The position numbers were made by a program, and so were the translations under genes. Below are positions 20,525 through 31,684 of a stretch of DNA of 64,000 nucleotides, in pieces (the first letter of the stretch is position 1; every line of letters starts with the position of its first letter). The notes below the pieces were generated by a model. The model was not told the DNA's origin. It worked only from the letters and a program-made list of their open reading frames with translations, and did no database searches. The stretch lies in the NCBI GenBank assembly GCA_020184695.1, contig JAANOX010000085.1, forward strand, positions 186,001 to 250,000, given 5' to 3'. Source of the stretch: Histomonas meleagridis 2922-C6/04-290x. Lineage: Eukaryota; Protista; Parabasalia.

Positions 20525-21472
20525 TCAATCAAAAAGATCATCGAATCCACCTGCCAGCTCAACTACTTCTTCCTCTTCCTTCTTTTCTTCTTTCTTTTCT
20601 TCGCCAGAGGGAGCGGCTGCAGCAGCTGCAGCTTGCATCTTTGCAAGTGCTTCTGGATCAGAAAGAAGTGTTTGAATTTCTTCGATTTGCTTCATATGGT
20701 AATCAATAGCAACAGCAATTGATGCAATGTCCTTGAATGCAGATCCAACCATATGTGGAGCAGATGCAGCATTAACATAGCCAATACCAATAGAAAGACC
20801 AGCAACGTTCTTAAGGGCTGTAGCGAACTTTCCAGAAAGAACTTCATCGGAAATTTCGAGGATGCTTGGTTCATAAAGATTTCCATTATCATAAAGTTTG
20901 ATGAGTTTAAGGGTGTACTTGAATGGCATGATGTTAAGGAGACCGAGTAAGTTAGCTTCTGAGGCACCAACCTTTTCACCTTCTTTGATAAGAAGTTTTT
21001 CGGATGTGATTTCAATGGTACCCTTGAAAATCTTGGATTGGATGTTTAATGCGTGGAGAACGGAAACTTGTGTTGGTGGAAGAGTTGTACGCATTGGAGG
21101 AACAACAACATCGCATGGTGAGATAGCACCAACTTTAGCTGGTGAACCCTTACAGTGGTTATCAATGACATCTTTGATCTTTGAGAAAGATCCGTTTGTG
21201 AAGCAGAAGCCAACGCCGTGGTAGATAAGTGGTTCAAGAACCTCGATGTTCTTAAGTTCACTCTTAAGTTCTTCAACAACTCTTCTCATAAGTGAGTTCT
21301 TACCAAAAACAATTTCGGCAAGTCCTTGGAGATCGTGACGGATTCCAAGAAGTTGGGATGCTGTAACATTTTCGGCAGAAACAAGGGCAACCTTGTTATA
21401 CTTGCGGAACATTTCCTTGAACTTTGCGCAGAAATCAAGTTTCTTTTGTGGGATCTTCTTTTCGTGGTGCAT
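20525..21472 (-). CDS. RPLP0: 60S acidic ribosomal protein P0 (uL10)
   Basis: GKNSLMRR, PAKVGAISPCDVVVP, TKIFKGTIEI-like segment, Ala-rich hinge and acidic tail ending GGFDDLFD. Confidence 0.97.
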   Translation of the reverse strand: MHHEKKIPQKKLDFCAKFKEMFRKYNKVALVSAENVTASQLLGIRHDLQGLAEIVFGKNSLMRRVVEELKSELKNIEVLEPLIYHGVGFCFTNGSFSKIKDVIDNHCKGSPAKVGAISPCDVVVPPMRTTLPPTQVSVLHALNIQSKIFKGTIEITSEKLLIKEGEKVGASEANLLGLLNIMPFKYTLKLIKLYDNGNLYEPSILEISDEVLSGKFATALKNVAGLSIGIGYVNAASAPHMVGSAFKDIASIAVAIDYHMKQIEEIQTLLSDPEALAKMQAAAAAAAPSGEEKKEEKKEEEEVVELAGGFDDLFD

Positions 21473-21499
21473 GAGAAAAATGGTTGAACATGGCTGTCA

Positions 21500-21507
21500 A
21501 AACCGCA
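21500..21507 (-). promoter_or_regulatory. M3-like element (TGCGGTTT) upstream of RPLP0
   Basis: Matches the Trichomonas M3 consensus, about 30 nt upstream of the ATG, in a ~100-bp divergent promoter. Confidence 0.5.
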
Positions 21508-21575
21508 TCGCAATGTGATAAACCTTTCAAATACAAAAGTGAAGTGGTTTCATTGAACTTGTTTTGACTTGTGAT

Positions 21576-22988
21576 ATGAAAAATAATTCGAATGTGCTGA
21601 TGGAACGAAATCAAATTGAAGAACTTAATAAACAATTAATAGATCAAAAAACGAATCCTATAATTCGCAAAAATTTCAATGAAGATCAAAAATTCTGGGA
21701 ATTATTTAGTAACTTAAGTATTAATATTCCAGAAGCTGATTTTTTCTCAATTGCAAATCAATTAGAAACAGAATCAAACGAGGTTAACGAAATATCTGAT
21801 CGAAAAATTTCTGATTCTAATATATTATGTGTATTTTGTGATCTTATTTCCAATACAACGAAAATTCATGAAATTTGTTCTTCTTTACTAATTACATTTA
21901 AGAACATTATTCGAAAGAGTAAGGCAGCACAAAATCAATTTATATTTAATCATTTAGAAAACAGTTTACTTGAACTCATCGTTTCTTTTGATGAATATCG
22001 ACCGGAAGTTATCGATATCATTTCCATTATATGTCAAACCGAAGGAGGCTGCAAAGAAATTACAGAATCCAATTTTATGCATTATCTTTTTGATCTTTTG
22101 CATCAACTTTTATTTTTGCTTGAACAAGACATAAATGTAAACAATTCAAAAATTCCGGTTATTTCGAGTTTTTTATTTCTTATCAAATTAATTACGTATT
22201 ATTTGCATGATGAAACCCAACCAATGTTTGAAAACATTATCCATGTATTAAACTTATCATTTGATTCACAACATTCACATAACTTTGATAAAATTTGTAT
22301 TGAAATTCTTATTAATTTAATAAATAATTCTTTCGAAATAGAAATATATCAATCGGAAATTTTGTTTAAAGTATTAATTTTATTAGATAATGAAACAAAT
22401 CGAACAAGTTTTTCATTAATTGTTCATTTGATTTCATTATATTTTAATGGAACAAATTATTCATTTTTAAATGATTTTTATAATTTTATTCCATTCCCAC
22501 TTATAATTAAAGGGTTTATTATATTTATTGATGATAACGAATACATTTTTAATTGCTTAAATCTTTTTAATCGTGTTATTCCATATAATAATGAATTCGT
22601 TTTACACTTAATTGAAAATGATGAATTTATTTTATCGTTGAAAACGTTATTAAGCAATTCAATTTTTAACGTTCGCAAAAGTACGTTAAGGTTAATTTGG
22701 ACACTTTTATATTTCGGCCCATTTGAATTAAAACTGACAATTTTGGATTCCGAATTTTTTGATTTTTTGGAGGATAGCTTTTATGATGATGACGAGGATT
22801 TTGTGGTTAATTGTTCTTTTAAATCATTAAATGAGGTAATGTCCGAATTCGATAAAAATGGTTTGAAATATCATCAATCATATCAAAGAATTTTATCTGA
22901 AATTGTGCCTGTTATTAATGAGCTTTGTGAAAGCAGTGATGAAAATATTAGGATAGAAGCAAACCAATTCATGAGTAACATCGATTGA
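21576..22988 (+). CDS. ARM-repeat (importin-alpha-like) protein
   Basis: Long ORF, first ATG at 21576. The C-terminal pattern (FNVRKSTLRLIWTLL...LEDSFYDDDEDFV) is shared with the 16255 and 39351 proteins. Confidence 0.75.
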   Translation: MKNNSNVLMERNQIEELNKQLIDQKTNPIIRKNFNEDQKFWELFSNLSINIPEADFFSIANQLETESNEVNEISDRKISDSNILCVFCDLISNTTKIHEICSSLLITFKNIIRKSKAAQNQFIFNHLENSLLELIVSFDEYRPEVIDIISIICQTEGGCKEITESNFMHYLFDLLHQLLFLLEQDINVNNSKIPVISSFLFLIKLITYYLHDETQPMFENIIHVLNLSFDSQHSHNFDKICIEILINLINNSFEIEIYQSEILFKVLILLDNETNRTSFSLIVHLISLYFNGTNYSFLNDFYNFIPFPLIIKGFIIFIDDNEYIFNCLNLFNRVIPYNNEFVLHLIENDEFILSLKTLLSNSIFNVRKSTLRLIWTLLYFGPFELKLTILDSEFFDFLEDSFYDDDEDFVVNCSFKSLNEVMSEFDKNGLKYHQSYQRILSEIVPVINELCESSDENIRIEANQFMSNID

Positions 22989-23316
22989 TTCATTTTGTAA
23001 TAAATTTTTATTTTATTAGATAAATACTTAAGAAATACCTTAACATTTGCGTTTTATTCAAGATAAAAAATTAGGTTAGTTAATATCATAATCAATCGAA
23101 AGAAAAATGTTAAAATTTTTTTTTCTTTCTGCGATAATGGAATGAATCGATAATTTACATAGTGCGTTAGTTATACCATTTATTCTTTTATCGACATTAA
23201 CAAATGAAATCCAACTTAACAAATTAAAATGGGCAATTTCATTATTACCGACATATGAAACATTATCCGAATCAATTCTTGAAGGATATTCATTATTTGA
23301 GTTAGCAAAACATATT

Positions 23317-24765
23317 ATGACGCAATCAAGTTCATATGGAGAAGCATTAAACATATTTAAGAACATATTTTTATTTGATGAAAATAAAGTTATAACATAT
23401 TCATCGATATTTGTACATGCTGCGTTAATAGTTAATGGTAAAAAACAAAGTTTAAACTTATTAATCGATGCGACTAAATCAAATCATTCACAAATATCAA
23501 ACGGATCTAAAATCGCATTAAACATAATCAAATTAAATGGAATTAAAATCGAATATGAAATCGAAGAAATTCCAATTGTTGGGAAAATAATTGGACTTTT
23601 AAGTAATTACGTGCATAATGCGTCAAATGAAAACATAAAAATTGACGCAAAAGATCAAAAGTTAATTGATATGTTACAAGCAACGCATTCAATGGTAACA
23701 AAATCAATGAAAATATCATTGAACAATAATAAATTTAATACATATGAAGATGTTAAATATCATTTCTTACAAATCTCAATTTCATGTTTTCTATTATTAC
23801 CTTCACGTTGTATATCACAAACGTCAATCGATAAATGCTTCGAATTATTAACAAGTTCTTCTTCATTATACATACATAAAAAATTTGCTATTTATGCATT
23901 AAGTCAAATAAATAAAATACCAGAATCAATAGACTTTAATCAATTACTTACTAAGGACTTATTTAAACCAATTTGTATCTTAGCAGTCAAGCAAAATGAT
24001 TATCAATTAATTATGAAAATTTTGGAAATTTCAAACGATTTCAATACTTTATTCGTGTTAAAGCCGGTAATTGAATTCCTCAGCGTCGAAACCGTTGTAA
24101 ACTTCATAAGAAAGACGGTTAATTCGGTTGATATTACAACACTTTTTGACTCAATTGACTTGTTTACAAATCCAAATGAATTGTTTGAAATATTTAATAA
24201 TATTCGTAAAAATAAATCATCAATTTTGGAATTATTCGATTTACCAAGTATAAATAAATTAAAGACGGCTTTGATTAAGTTTAATAATGATGATTTAGAA
24301 AAATATGTTTTGACACCATTTGATGATTTCGCACTTTTATGTTCGAATGAATTAAATAATTCAGTTTCATCAATTTGTTGGAAACTTTTATCTAATAATA
24401 ATGACGAAGTTAGTTCGCAATGTTTGTTTAAGTTTGCATTAAACCAACAAGAAAAAACAATTCAATTTGTTGAATCATTTTTCGGTATAATGCAAAATGC
24501 AAGTGAAATTAAAACGAACATTGCTATTAGTTATATATCAATATTCTTATTAGCTTCGAATACTAAAGAACCTTTTCTCTCTATTAAATTACATTTGCAA
24601 GCAAATCCAAATGATGCAACAAATGAATTATTTCATTCGTTGGAGCCGAGTTTAATTGCATTGTCACCAAAAATCACAAAAATTCATTTGAACATTTTGG
24701 AAGAAAAGTCATTAGGCGAACTTGATGAAATAATTGGGGCTTTAAAGTTAAGGAAACTTGTTTAG
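23317..24765 (+). CDS. Helical hypothetical protein (frame extends upstream to ATG 23107 across one TGA at 23143)
   Basis: 482-aa ORF; the upstream 70 codons are open except for TGA 23143-23145. Confidence 0.75.
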   Translation: MTQSSSYGEALNIFKNIFLFDENKVITYSSIFVHAALIVNGKKQSLNLLIDATKSNHSQISNGSKIALNIIKLNGIKIEYEIEEIPIVGKIIGLLSNYVHNASNENIKIDAKDQKLIDMLQATHSMVTKSMKISLNNNKFNTYEDVKYHFLQISISCFLLLPSRCISQTSIDKCFELLTSSSSLYIHKKFAIYALSQINKIPESIDFNQLLTKDLFKPICILAVKQNDYQLIMKILEISNDFNTLFVLKPVIEFLSVETVVNFIRKTVNSVDITTLFDSIDLFTNPNELFEIFNNIRKNKSSILELFDLPSINKLKTALIKFNNDDLEKYVLTPFDDFALLCSNELNNSVSSICWKLLSNNNDEVSSQCLFKFALNQQEKTIQFVESFFGIMQNASEIKTNIAISYISIFLLASNTKEPFLSIKLHLQANPNDATNELFHSLEPSLIALSPKITKIHLNILEEKSLGELDEIIGALKLRKLV

Positions 24766-25149
24766 GAATAAATATATATGTTTTAAAATTAATTTTTTTT
24801 GGATAAAAATATAAATTTATTTGATATTATAGTAATAGATTTAATATCATTTTGGGTTTAGTGTCAAATGTTTGTTTAACGATTTTTGTTCAAGTAATTT
24901 AACTATTTCTATTTGCCAAGTTGAGATGCCAATAGAAGTCCTGCATATAATATTTTGAGCAAAATTATCTAAATATTATTTTGAAATCCAAAATTAAGAA
25001 AATAAACACCAAATTAAACAAGTAAATAGTATTATCTACTTGAATCTATGATTGAACATAATTTTCTTGAACCAAACATTGTAAAAAACAACCATATTGT
25101 TGATTTTGTACATTATATGCTTAAAGCTAAATTACCAATCTATTTAAGG

Positions 25150-26651
25150 GAAAATGATAATGTAAATTATGAAGAACTATCAAAGAATGATTGGGAATTA
25201 CATAAGAAATTAATTAGAGAATGACATAATCCAAATGAAATTGTAAAAATAATCCGAAATGATGAAGTAGAAAAACTTCAAGAAATATCATCACAAACAA
25301 ATTTTGATTTTAATCAAAAAATTGAACCATCACTTTATGAAAGATGTTCACTTGTTAATGAAGATAATGTTTCATTAATTGATTATGCAGCATTTTTTTC
25401 AGCAGTTAAATGCTTTAAATATTTACTTATGAATGGAGCTAAAGTAGAAAACACAGGCAAATATGCAATTGCAGGAGGAAATGAAGAAATAATTCATTTA
25501 TGTGAACAAAATTATTCATCGTTTGAAGATGTATATGAAACAGCAATTATTTTTCATCGAAATGATATCTTTAAATATTTTTATGATAATAAATTAAAAG
25601 AAATTAATAATTTAGAAGAATTAGGAAAGCTTTGTATTTTATATCATAATTATGAAATATTTTCATTTTTACTTAAAGAAGGAATGAAAATCAATGATGA
25701 TATTATTAATGAAGCAGCAATTATTGGAAATATTTTTTTAGTTGAAGATTTTCTTAAAGATCATTCAATTCCGCATGATATATTGGTATTTTCAGCTGAA
25801 TCAGGAAATATTGAACTTGTTAAATATGTTTTAAAACAAAAAGGAATTGATATTAATGATGAAAATATTCAACTGTTTCATTTGATATTTATTTTAATAA
25901 TTTGCTATTTCAAAATTGGTCATACAGAAATAGTTAAATTACTTCTTGAACAAGAAGGAATTGATATAAACCGCGAAACTATTTATTTCTTTTTTGTATA
26001 GTTTATTTTAATAATTTGATAATTCAAAAAAGTATTTGGAAATTATTTAAATTATTTAAGACAGCACTTATTTGTGCATCTATAAATGGTCATACAGAAA
26101 TAGTTAAATTATTTCTTGAACATAAAGGAATTGATATAAATCACGAATGTATTTATTTGTTTTATTTATTGTTTATTGTAATAATTTTGGATTTCAAAAT
26201 AATGTTTGGAAATTGTTTAAATTATTTGATACAGCACTTATTTATGCATCTGAAAATGGTCATTCAGAAATAGTTAAATTACTTCTTGAACAAGAAAGAA
26301 TTGATATTAATGCTAAAGATATTAATTTGTTTTATTTTCTATTTAATTTAGTAATTTGGAATTTTAAAATAATATTTGGAAATTATTTATATTATTTGAT
26401 ACAGCACTTATTAGAGCATCTTCAAATGGTCATACAGAAATAGTTAAATTACTTCTTGAACAAGAAGGAATAGATATTAATGCTAAAAATATTAATTTGT
26501 TTTATTTTCTATTTATTTTAGTAATTTAGAATTTTAAAATACTATTCGGAAATTATTTAAATCATTTGAAACAGCAATTGAATTAGCATTTATAAATAGC
26601 AATACAAAAGTAATTGAATTATTTCGGAAACTAAGGGGAATTTTAATATAA
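25150..26651 (+). pseudogene. Second DUF3447-type ankyrin gene with spacer-interrupted repeats; premature TGA at 25222
   Basis: KNDWELHKKLIRE*HNPNEIV aligns with KENDWELHKKYIEDGVNTNEIA (Gly to stop). Ankyrin units start at 26061, 26231 and 26401; terminal unit 26571-26651 (26 aa + TAA). It could still be expressed from ATG 25429. Confidence 0.75.
25867..26570 (+). repeat. Second 170-nt spacer/ankyrin array (one 51-nt truncated plus four 80-nt spacers)
   Basis: Spacers at 25867-25917 (truncated), 25981-26060, 26151-26230, 26321-26400 and 26491-26570. Confidence 0.93.
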
Positions 26652-26790
26652 TGCTGCATGAGCAATTGATGTAGCACCCCATTGATTAATAAATGAACAT
26701 TTTTCATGGTGCAATATATTGATCAAAATCAAATTATGTTTGTGATGATATTTCTTAATATGCAATTTCACTTGGATTAAAAAAACTAAC
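26652..26790 (-). pseudogene. Short inverted remnant of the same DUF3447 domain
   Basis: Minus strand reads NPSEIAY..EISSQT*FDFDQYIAP..CSFIN..SIAHAAL, matching NPNEIA..EISSQTNFDFNQ.IEP..CSFIN..LIDYAA. Confidence 0.65.
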
Positions 26791-27228
26791 TAAAAAAATT
26801 ATTTTGGCTTTGTGGTGATGTTTTAGGCATAACTTCTTAGTTTATCTCACATAAGTTGTTTTCAAAAATTTTATTAAGAAGATAATTTGATTCATTTGTT
26901 TATTGTTTCAAAAAAATTCACAAAAATAGTGATTAAATTTTCATAACACTTATTATAAAGTTCTGCTTCTTATGACTCAAGTGATTTTATATATTTTAAA
27001 CATAATCTATCATCATCTTTTGAAATAAGAAACGAATATAAAATACTACAATTAATAAAATTAAATGAATATTTATCATCAAAAAAATTCAATGAGTCAT
27101 CATTTTTCATTTTTGTTCAAGTAATTCAACTATTTCATTATGATGCAACAATAAGTGCTTCCCAAAATAAAACATGTAATATTTAAAATTTCTTCTTGCA
27201 AAACAAGCATAAATATTTTGGCGATTTA

Positions 27229-27657
27229 CTAATGTTTAGCGGAAAGTGGACTGTCTGAAAGAGCCCAACCTTCAACAACGCGTACACCAATTGGATCAGG
27301 GTTCTGTTTAAAGTTAACAAATTCCATTGTGTGTTGTAAGATTTCTTCATTCGTATCAAGATTCTTTACCTTAACACTGTAGCGAATAGCTGCCCAATCA
27401 TCCTTGATAAGCATATTATCGAATTCACCCAGTTCCATGGTGTAATGCTGGAAAAGTTGTCCCATCATATCTTTATATTGTTGCAATGTTAATCGATGAC
27501 CATAAACATTATAATGCGCATCTGGTTCGTACAGTGTGTTACACCATTCTAGCCAGCCACCATATCCACCATTCCAGTTCTTGAATCCATTAACAAGACG
27601 ATCACGGATCGCATCTTCCATATTGGGTCCACTTTGTACCTTTTGAGTTTCCGACAT
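27229..27657 (-). CDS. SnoaL/NTF2-like (ester/polyketide cyclase-like) protein, probable bacterial origin
   Basis: 142 aa; W----Y-PDA-Y-------L--Y------F......D-AAIRY......EF--F......VEGW pattern typical of SnoaL-like folds. Confidence 0.6.
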   Translation of the reverse strand: MSETQKVQSGPNMEDAIRDRLVNGFKNWNGGYGGWLEWCNTLYEPDAHYNVYGHRLTLQQYKDMMGQLFQHYTMELGEFDNMLIKDDWAAIRYSVKVKNLDTNEEILQHTMEFVNFKQNPDPIGVRVVEGWALSDSPLSAKH

Positions 27658-28315
27658 TATAAAAAATGATTGTTTAGAAAAAATTCCACCGGAGATGTAT
27701 ATTCTCGGTGAGCACCTTTCAATTCACCGTAAACTATTCAATATCCGATTTTCATAACTTTACTTATCACCGGGGATCAATTTCCTAAGAAAAAATGAAT
27801 GCAATTGACCACATTTTTTGAAAAAAATAAAAGTGTCAATAAACCCGAGTTGGTTATCAATCTTGAAGATGCACGAAAAAAACAAAAATACATTTAAGTT
27901 TTGCCTCGTTTTTTGTAAAAAATTAAATGCATTTTCCCCTTTATTTTTCTCGAAAAAAATTATTCAAATCATTTTAATTATATGTTCTGATCAGAGATTT
28001 AAAATTTTGTTTATTATCATGAATGTCATATATTATTGTTATATTTATAATCTTTTAATTGGTTTAACAGCACTTCCTATTAAAAAATTGTTAATTAACG
28101 AAATATCTGTTTCTAAAGAAATGTTCTTTTGATGTTTACAGCGAATAAAAATAAATAAAATGAGTAAATACTTATTTTGATATTATATAAAGAGCTACTA
28201 CTACTATTATCCAAATAATTTTTAGTCTACATCAAGCAAAACGAAATAAAAAACACTTTTGTTGTAACATATTTCACTGTATAAGTTAATTTTTTGTGAG
28301 GTATGGCTCATTCCA

Positions 28316-31300
28316 ATGGGAGTTCCAGGATTCTTCAGGTGGATTTCAAAAAGGTATCCTTTAATCAGAAAAAATTTAGGAGACCCATCAAGGCCAGTTT
28401 TCAACAATTTGTTCATTGATGCCAACAATATTATTTATAGAGCAATTACATCCACCAATACAACAGTATGTGAACTTACTTCAGACTTACTTTCCGAGAT
28501 CCTTCGTTACCTTGACCTTTTGGTTCAAGTAATAGAGCCAACTGATTTAATATTCATTTCTTTTGATGGCCCACCTCCTGCTTCAAAAACAAATCAACAA
28601 AGAGTTCACAGGTATCAAAACTTTTTAAATCCGAATTCAAGTTCTTTAAACTATTCAATTTCTCCTGGCACAGAATTTATGTATCAAATTCATTTGGAAA
28701 TAATAAATTTCATTAAAAAACAAAAAGTCTCAGATCTCAAATGGGCAACCCCTAAGGTTATTTATAGCAGTGCTTTTACTCCAGGAGAAGGTGAACATAA
28801 AATCGCAAGTTATATCCGTGAATGCCGATTAGATCCAGATTGGAATCCAAATCAAGTTCATTGTATATACTCTTCTGATTGTGATCTTATATTTTTGGCA
28901 TTGCAAACACATGAACCATATATTTGCATATTACGTGAAGCTGATGCTGCCAATTTTCAACGTGAATTCCAATCATTTGAACCCAAGTTAAGTGGCATGA
29001 AATGGTCTCGTAATGATTTTGAACTTGTTCATGTTTCATTAATTCGTGATTATCTTCAAATTGAATTCAATACTACAGGGGAAGAACTTGAACGAATTAT
29101 TGATGATTATGTTGCACTTTCTTTCTTTATTGGTAATGATTTTATTCCAGATGTTCCCGAAATCGATATCAAAAAGTACGGTTTTAACGATATCATTGAA
29201 GTCTATCAAAAAGTCATGAAAAGTAGTGAAAATTATTTGGTCGAAGATGGCACTTTTAACAAAGAAGTTTTATACAACTTTGTAAATGAAGTTGTCAATT
29301 TCTTACGACAAAAATATGCTTCTTCAGAAGATATTAATGTTGGTGAAGAAGAATTAAAAGCTCTTTATACAGAACATAACAAACAATATATCTTATCAAA
29401 ATATCCTGAACATACCGAAGATTTTGATGAATTCATCGAAAAAATATCTAAATCTTTTATTGAAGCTATCACATGGGTATTAAAATATTATCATTCAGGC
29501 TGTTGTTCATGGAATTGGTATTATCAATATCATTATTCACCACCATTAGAGTTTATTCTACCATATATCAAAGATTATGAACCTGAGTTTGAAGAAGGAA
29601 TACCTCGTTCACCTTTACAAACACTTTTAGCAATAACCACACCTAAATCATATCAATTATTACCAAAATCTTTACAATCTTATATCACTGATCCTGAATC
29701 ACCAATTTATAGCATGTATCCAACTGACTTTAAAGTCGATCAAAATGGTAAAAAAGAAAGTTGGAGAGCGACGTATCTCTTACCGATGATTGACTTTGAT
29801 TTGCTTGACGAAGTATTCAAAAAGTGCTCGAGTGAATTCACTGACGATGAACAACTTCGCGATAAATCGGAATATACTTTTGTCTTTGATGAAAGTTTAG
29901 AAGAAGATATCATTCTTATTTCTCCTATTTCCCCATTACAATCTGTTCTTTTATCAACTGAAATCCCATCATGTATACCAACATTTAATAACACACAAAT
30001 AACTCATGATATTCGTGTAGTACCAATTCAAATGTTTGGACAAGTATCAAATTATCCTTCAATGGTTATCACGCCAAACATAAATCAAAATTACAAAGAT
30101 TTGAAAAGTGTTGGCTCATTAATTAACGCGCAAATCTTATTTGATTGGCCTTATCTTTGTCCAGGATTAGTTATCTCAGCAATTGATAAAGATAACATAT
30201 TAGGAAATGATCGAATCATTAAACCAAGACCGAAATCTATGCAATGTTCATCATTATCAATCAAAACTGATCTTTTACGAACATTAGCATTAGATATTAA
30301 TGATGATAATATCCTTTTAGAAGTTAAACCTATGAACAATAATGGTACTTATCAACAAAAATCTTTGATAATACCAATACAATTAACTTTACCAATTAAA
30401 TCTAATGAAAAAATTTTAGATAACTTTAAAGCGCCATCTGAAATTATATTACCAAATGTAGGTGATAAATTGGTATGTATCGATGGTATGGCGAAAGGTT
30501 TCGTATGTGTTCTTGAAGAAATTCTTCAAAATAATTTAATGAAAGTTAACGTGCTCCAACAAACGTATCCCTTCGGAATGAAGAAACTTTTTGATGAAGA
30601 TAAACAACATTGGGTTACAACACATGATATCGTTAAAGCGGTTGGCGGCATATCGTTCAGGGCACTCCGAACCGCTGTGACGACCGTTATTGTGAAACCG
30701 TTTAATACTAATATAGCATTTGCTCTTTATAATTTTAATCATCAAATAATTGAAGGTTTTTGTAAGCTTTCACATGCATCTGCTAATGATTATGTTTACC
30801 CAGCTTCAATTGTTCCATTGATTGTTACATATTTCCAAAAAGCTGGAAATTTGAAATCACTGATCATGAAGTCTATACAGAATGGAGAGAAGAGATTCCC
30901 TCCTGTGACCCTTGAACAGCTTTATGGAGGTGATTCACAATATCAAAATGAGAAATTTGAAGATCTCCAAAAATGGCTCACCGAGAACTCTCCAGCTTCC
31001 AAATCGCCACTTGTTAGTGCTGCAGTGGATACAGTTTCGCCTGAGTGTTTGGTTGGTGTTGAAAAAATGTTAATTGATTTCAAATCTAAAGTCGTTAATA
31101 AGTCAATAGAAGTCGATCAGCGTAAGCTCTTGTGGAGGCAGAAGCCAAATCCATCGCCTACGGCCGAGATGCCGCCACTTGGGAAAAGAGTAATTTCTAT
31201 TGCATCTTCAGGTGCGGCGACATTTGGCGAAATGGGTACTGTTATTGAAACGAATGACGTTGAGGATACACTCGTTGTGTTGTTTGACCACGAATTAACA

Positions 31301-31387
31301 TGCGGAACACGGCTTGAGGGAAGGCTGAAGACGAACAGAGGCATCAGGCTCAATTTGGAGGACGTTTACGTATTAGCGAACTCATAA
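28316..31387 (+). CDS. XRN1: 5'-3' exoribonuclease XRN1-like
   Basis: MGVPGFFRW, LFIDANNIIY, SFDGPPP..K..QQR, PGEGEHKI, SSDCDLIFL, FFIGNDFIP, WVLKYYHSGCCSWNWYYQYHYSP, plus a C-terminal GTVI..VLFD..G..LEGRL SH3-like domain as in XRN1. Confidence 0.93.
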   Translation: MGVPGFFRWISKRYPLIRKNLGDPSRPVFNNLFIDANNIIYRAITSTNTTVCELTSDLLSEILRYLDLLVQVIEPTDLIFISFDGPPPASKTNQQRVHRYQNFLNPNSSSLNYSISPGTEFMYQIHLEIINFIKKQKVSDLKWATPKVIYSSAFTPGEGEHKIASYIRECRLDPDWNPNQVHCIYSSDCDLIFLALQTHEPYICILREADAANFQREFQSFEPKLSGMKWSRNDFELVHVSLIRDYLQIEFNTTGEELERIIDDYVALSFFIGNDFIPDVPEIDIKKYGFNDIIEVYQKVMKSSENYLVEDGTFNKEVLYNFVNEVVNFLRQKYASSEDINVGEEELKALYTEHNKQYILSKYPEHTEDFDEFIEKISKSFIEAITWVLKYYHSGCCSWNWYYQYHYSPPLEFILPYIKDYEPEFEEGIPRSPLQTLLAITTPKSYQLLPKSLQSYITDPESPIYSMYPTDFKVDQNGKKESWRATYLLPMIDFDLLDEVFKKCSSEFTDDEQLRDKSEYTFVFDESLEEDIILISPISPLQSVLLSTEIPSCIPTFNNTQITHDIRVVPIQMFGQVSNYPSMVITPNINQNYKDLKSVGSLINAQILFDWPYLCPGLVISAIDKDNILGNDRIIKPRPKSMQCSSLSIKTDLLRTLALDINDDNILLEVKPMNNNGTYQQKSLIIPIQLTLPIKSNEKILDNFKAPSEIILPNVGDKLVCIDGMAKGFVCVLEEILQNNLMKVNVLQQTYPFGMKKLFDEDKQHWVTTHDIVKAVGGISFRALRTAVTTVIVKPFNTNIAFALYNFNHQIIEGFCKLSHASANDYVYPASIVPLIVTYFQKAGNLKSLIMKSIQNGEKRFPPVTLEQLYGGDSQYQNEKFEDLQKWLTENSPASKSPLVSAAVDTVSPECLVGVEKMLIDFKSKVVNKSIEVDQRKLLWRQKPNPSPTAEMPPLGKRVISIASSGAATFGEMGTVIETNDVEDTLVVLFDHELTCGTRLEGRLKTNRGIRLNLEDVYVLANS

Positions 31388-31684
31388 TGATAATAAACGT
31401 ATTTTAATGAATAAATTTTCTTCGTTAGCACATTAAAATTTGTTCTGAAGTAACAAAATGTTTTAATATCTTCTAAATCCTATCAAATGATATTTTGTTT
31501 TATCAGCAGAATCAGGAAACATATCACACCAAAAATTGATGTTAATTGTAAAGATATTTGTTGAAACATTTTCTAGTCAACAATCATCTTTAAAATTCAT
31601 AGATAATTTGCACATTTCCTCATAAATGTTGACTTCCAAAGAGGCGAATTTCGTACAGGTAATACCAGTTATCTTTTAGAGCGA

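Noticed and set aside
24882-27136. 28-nt direct repeat (24882-24909 and 27109-27136, 27/28 identical) bracketing ankyrin locus 2 as an LTR or target-site duplication
   Set aside because: The second copy sits in a ~60-codon open frame resembling the family's N-terminal region, so it is better explained as another paralog 5' remnant; no LTR or transposase features.
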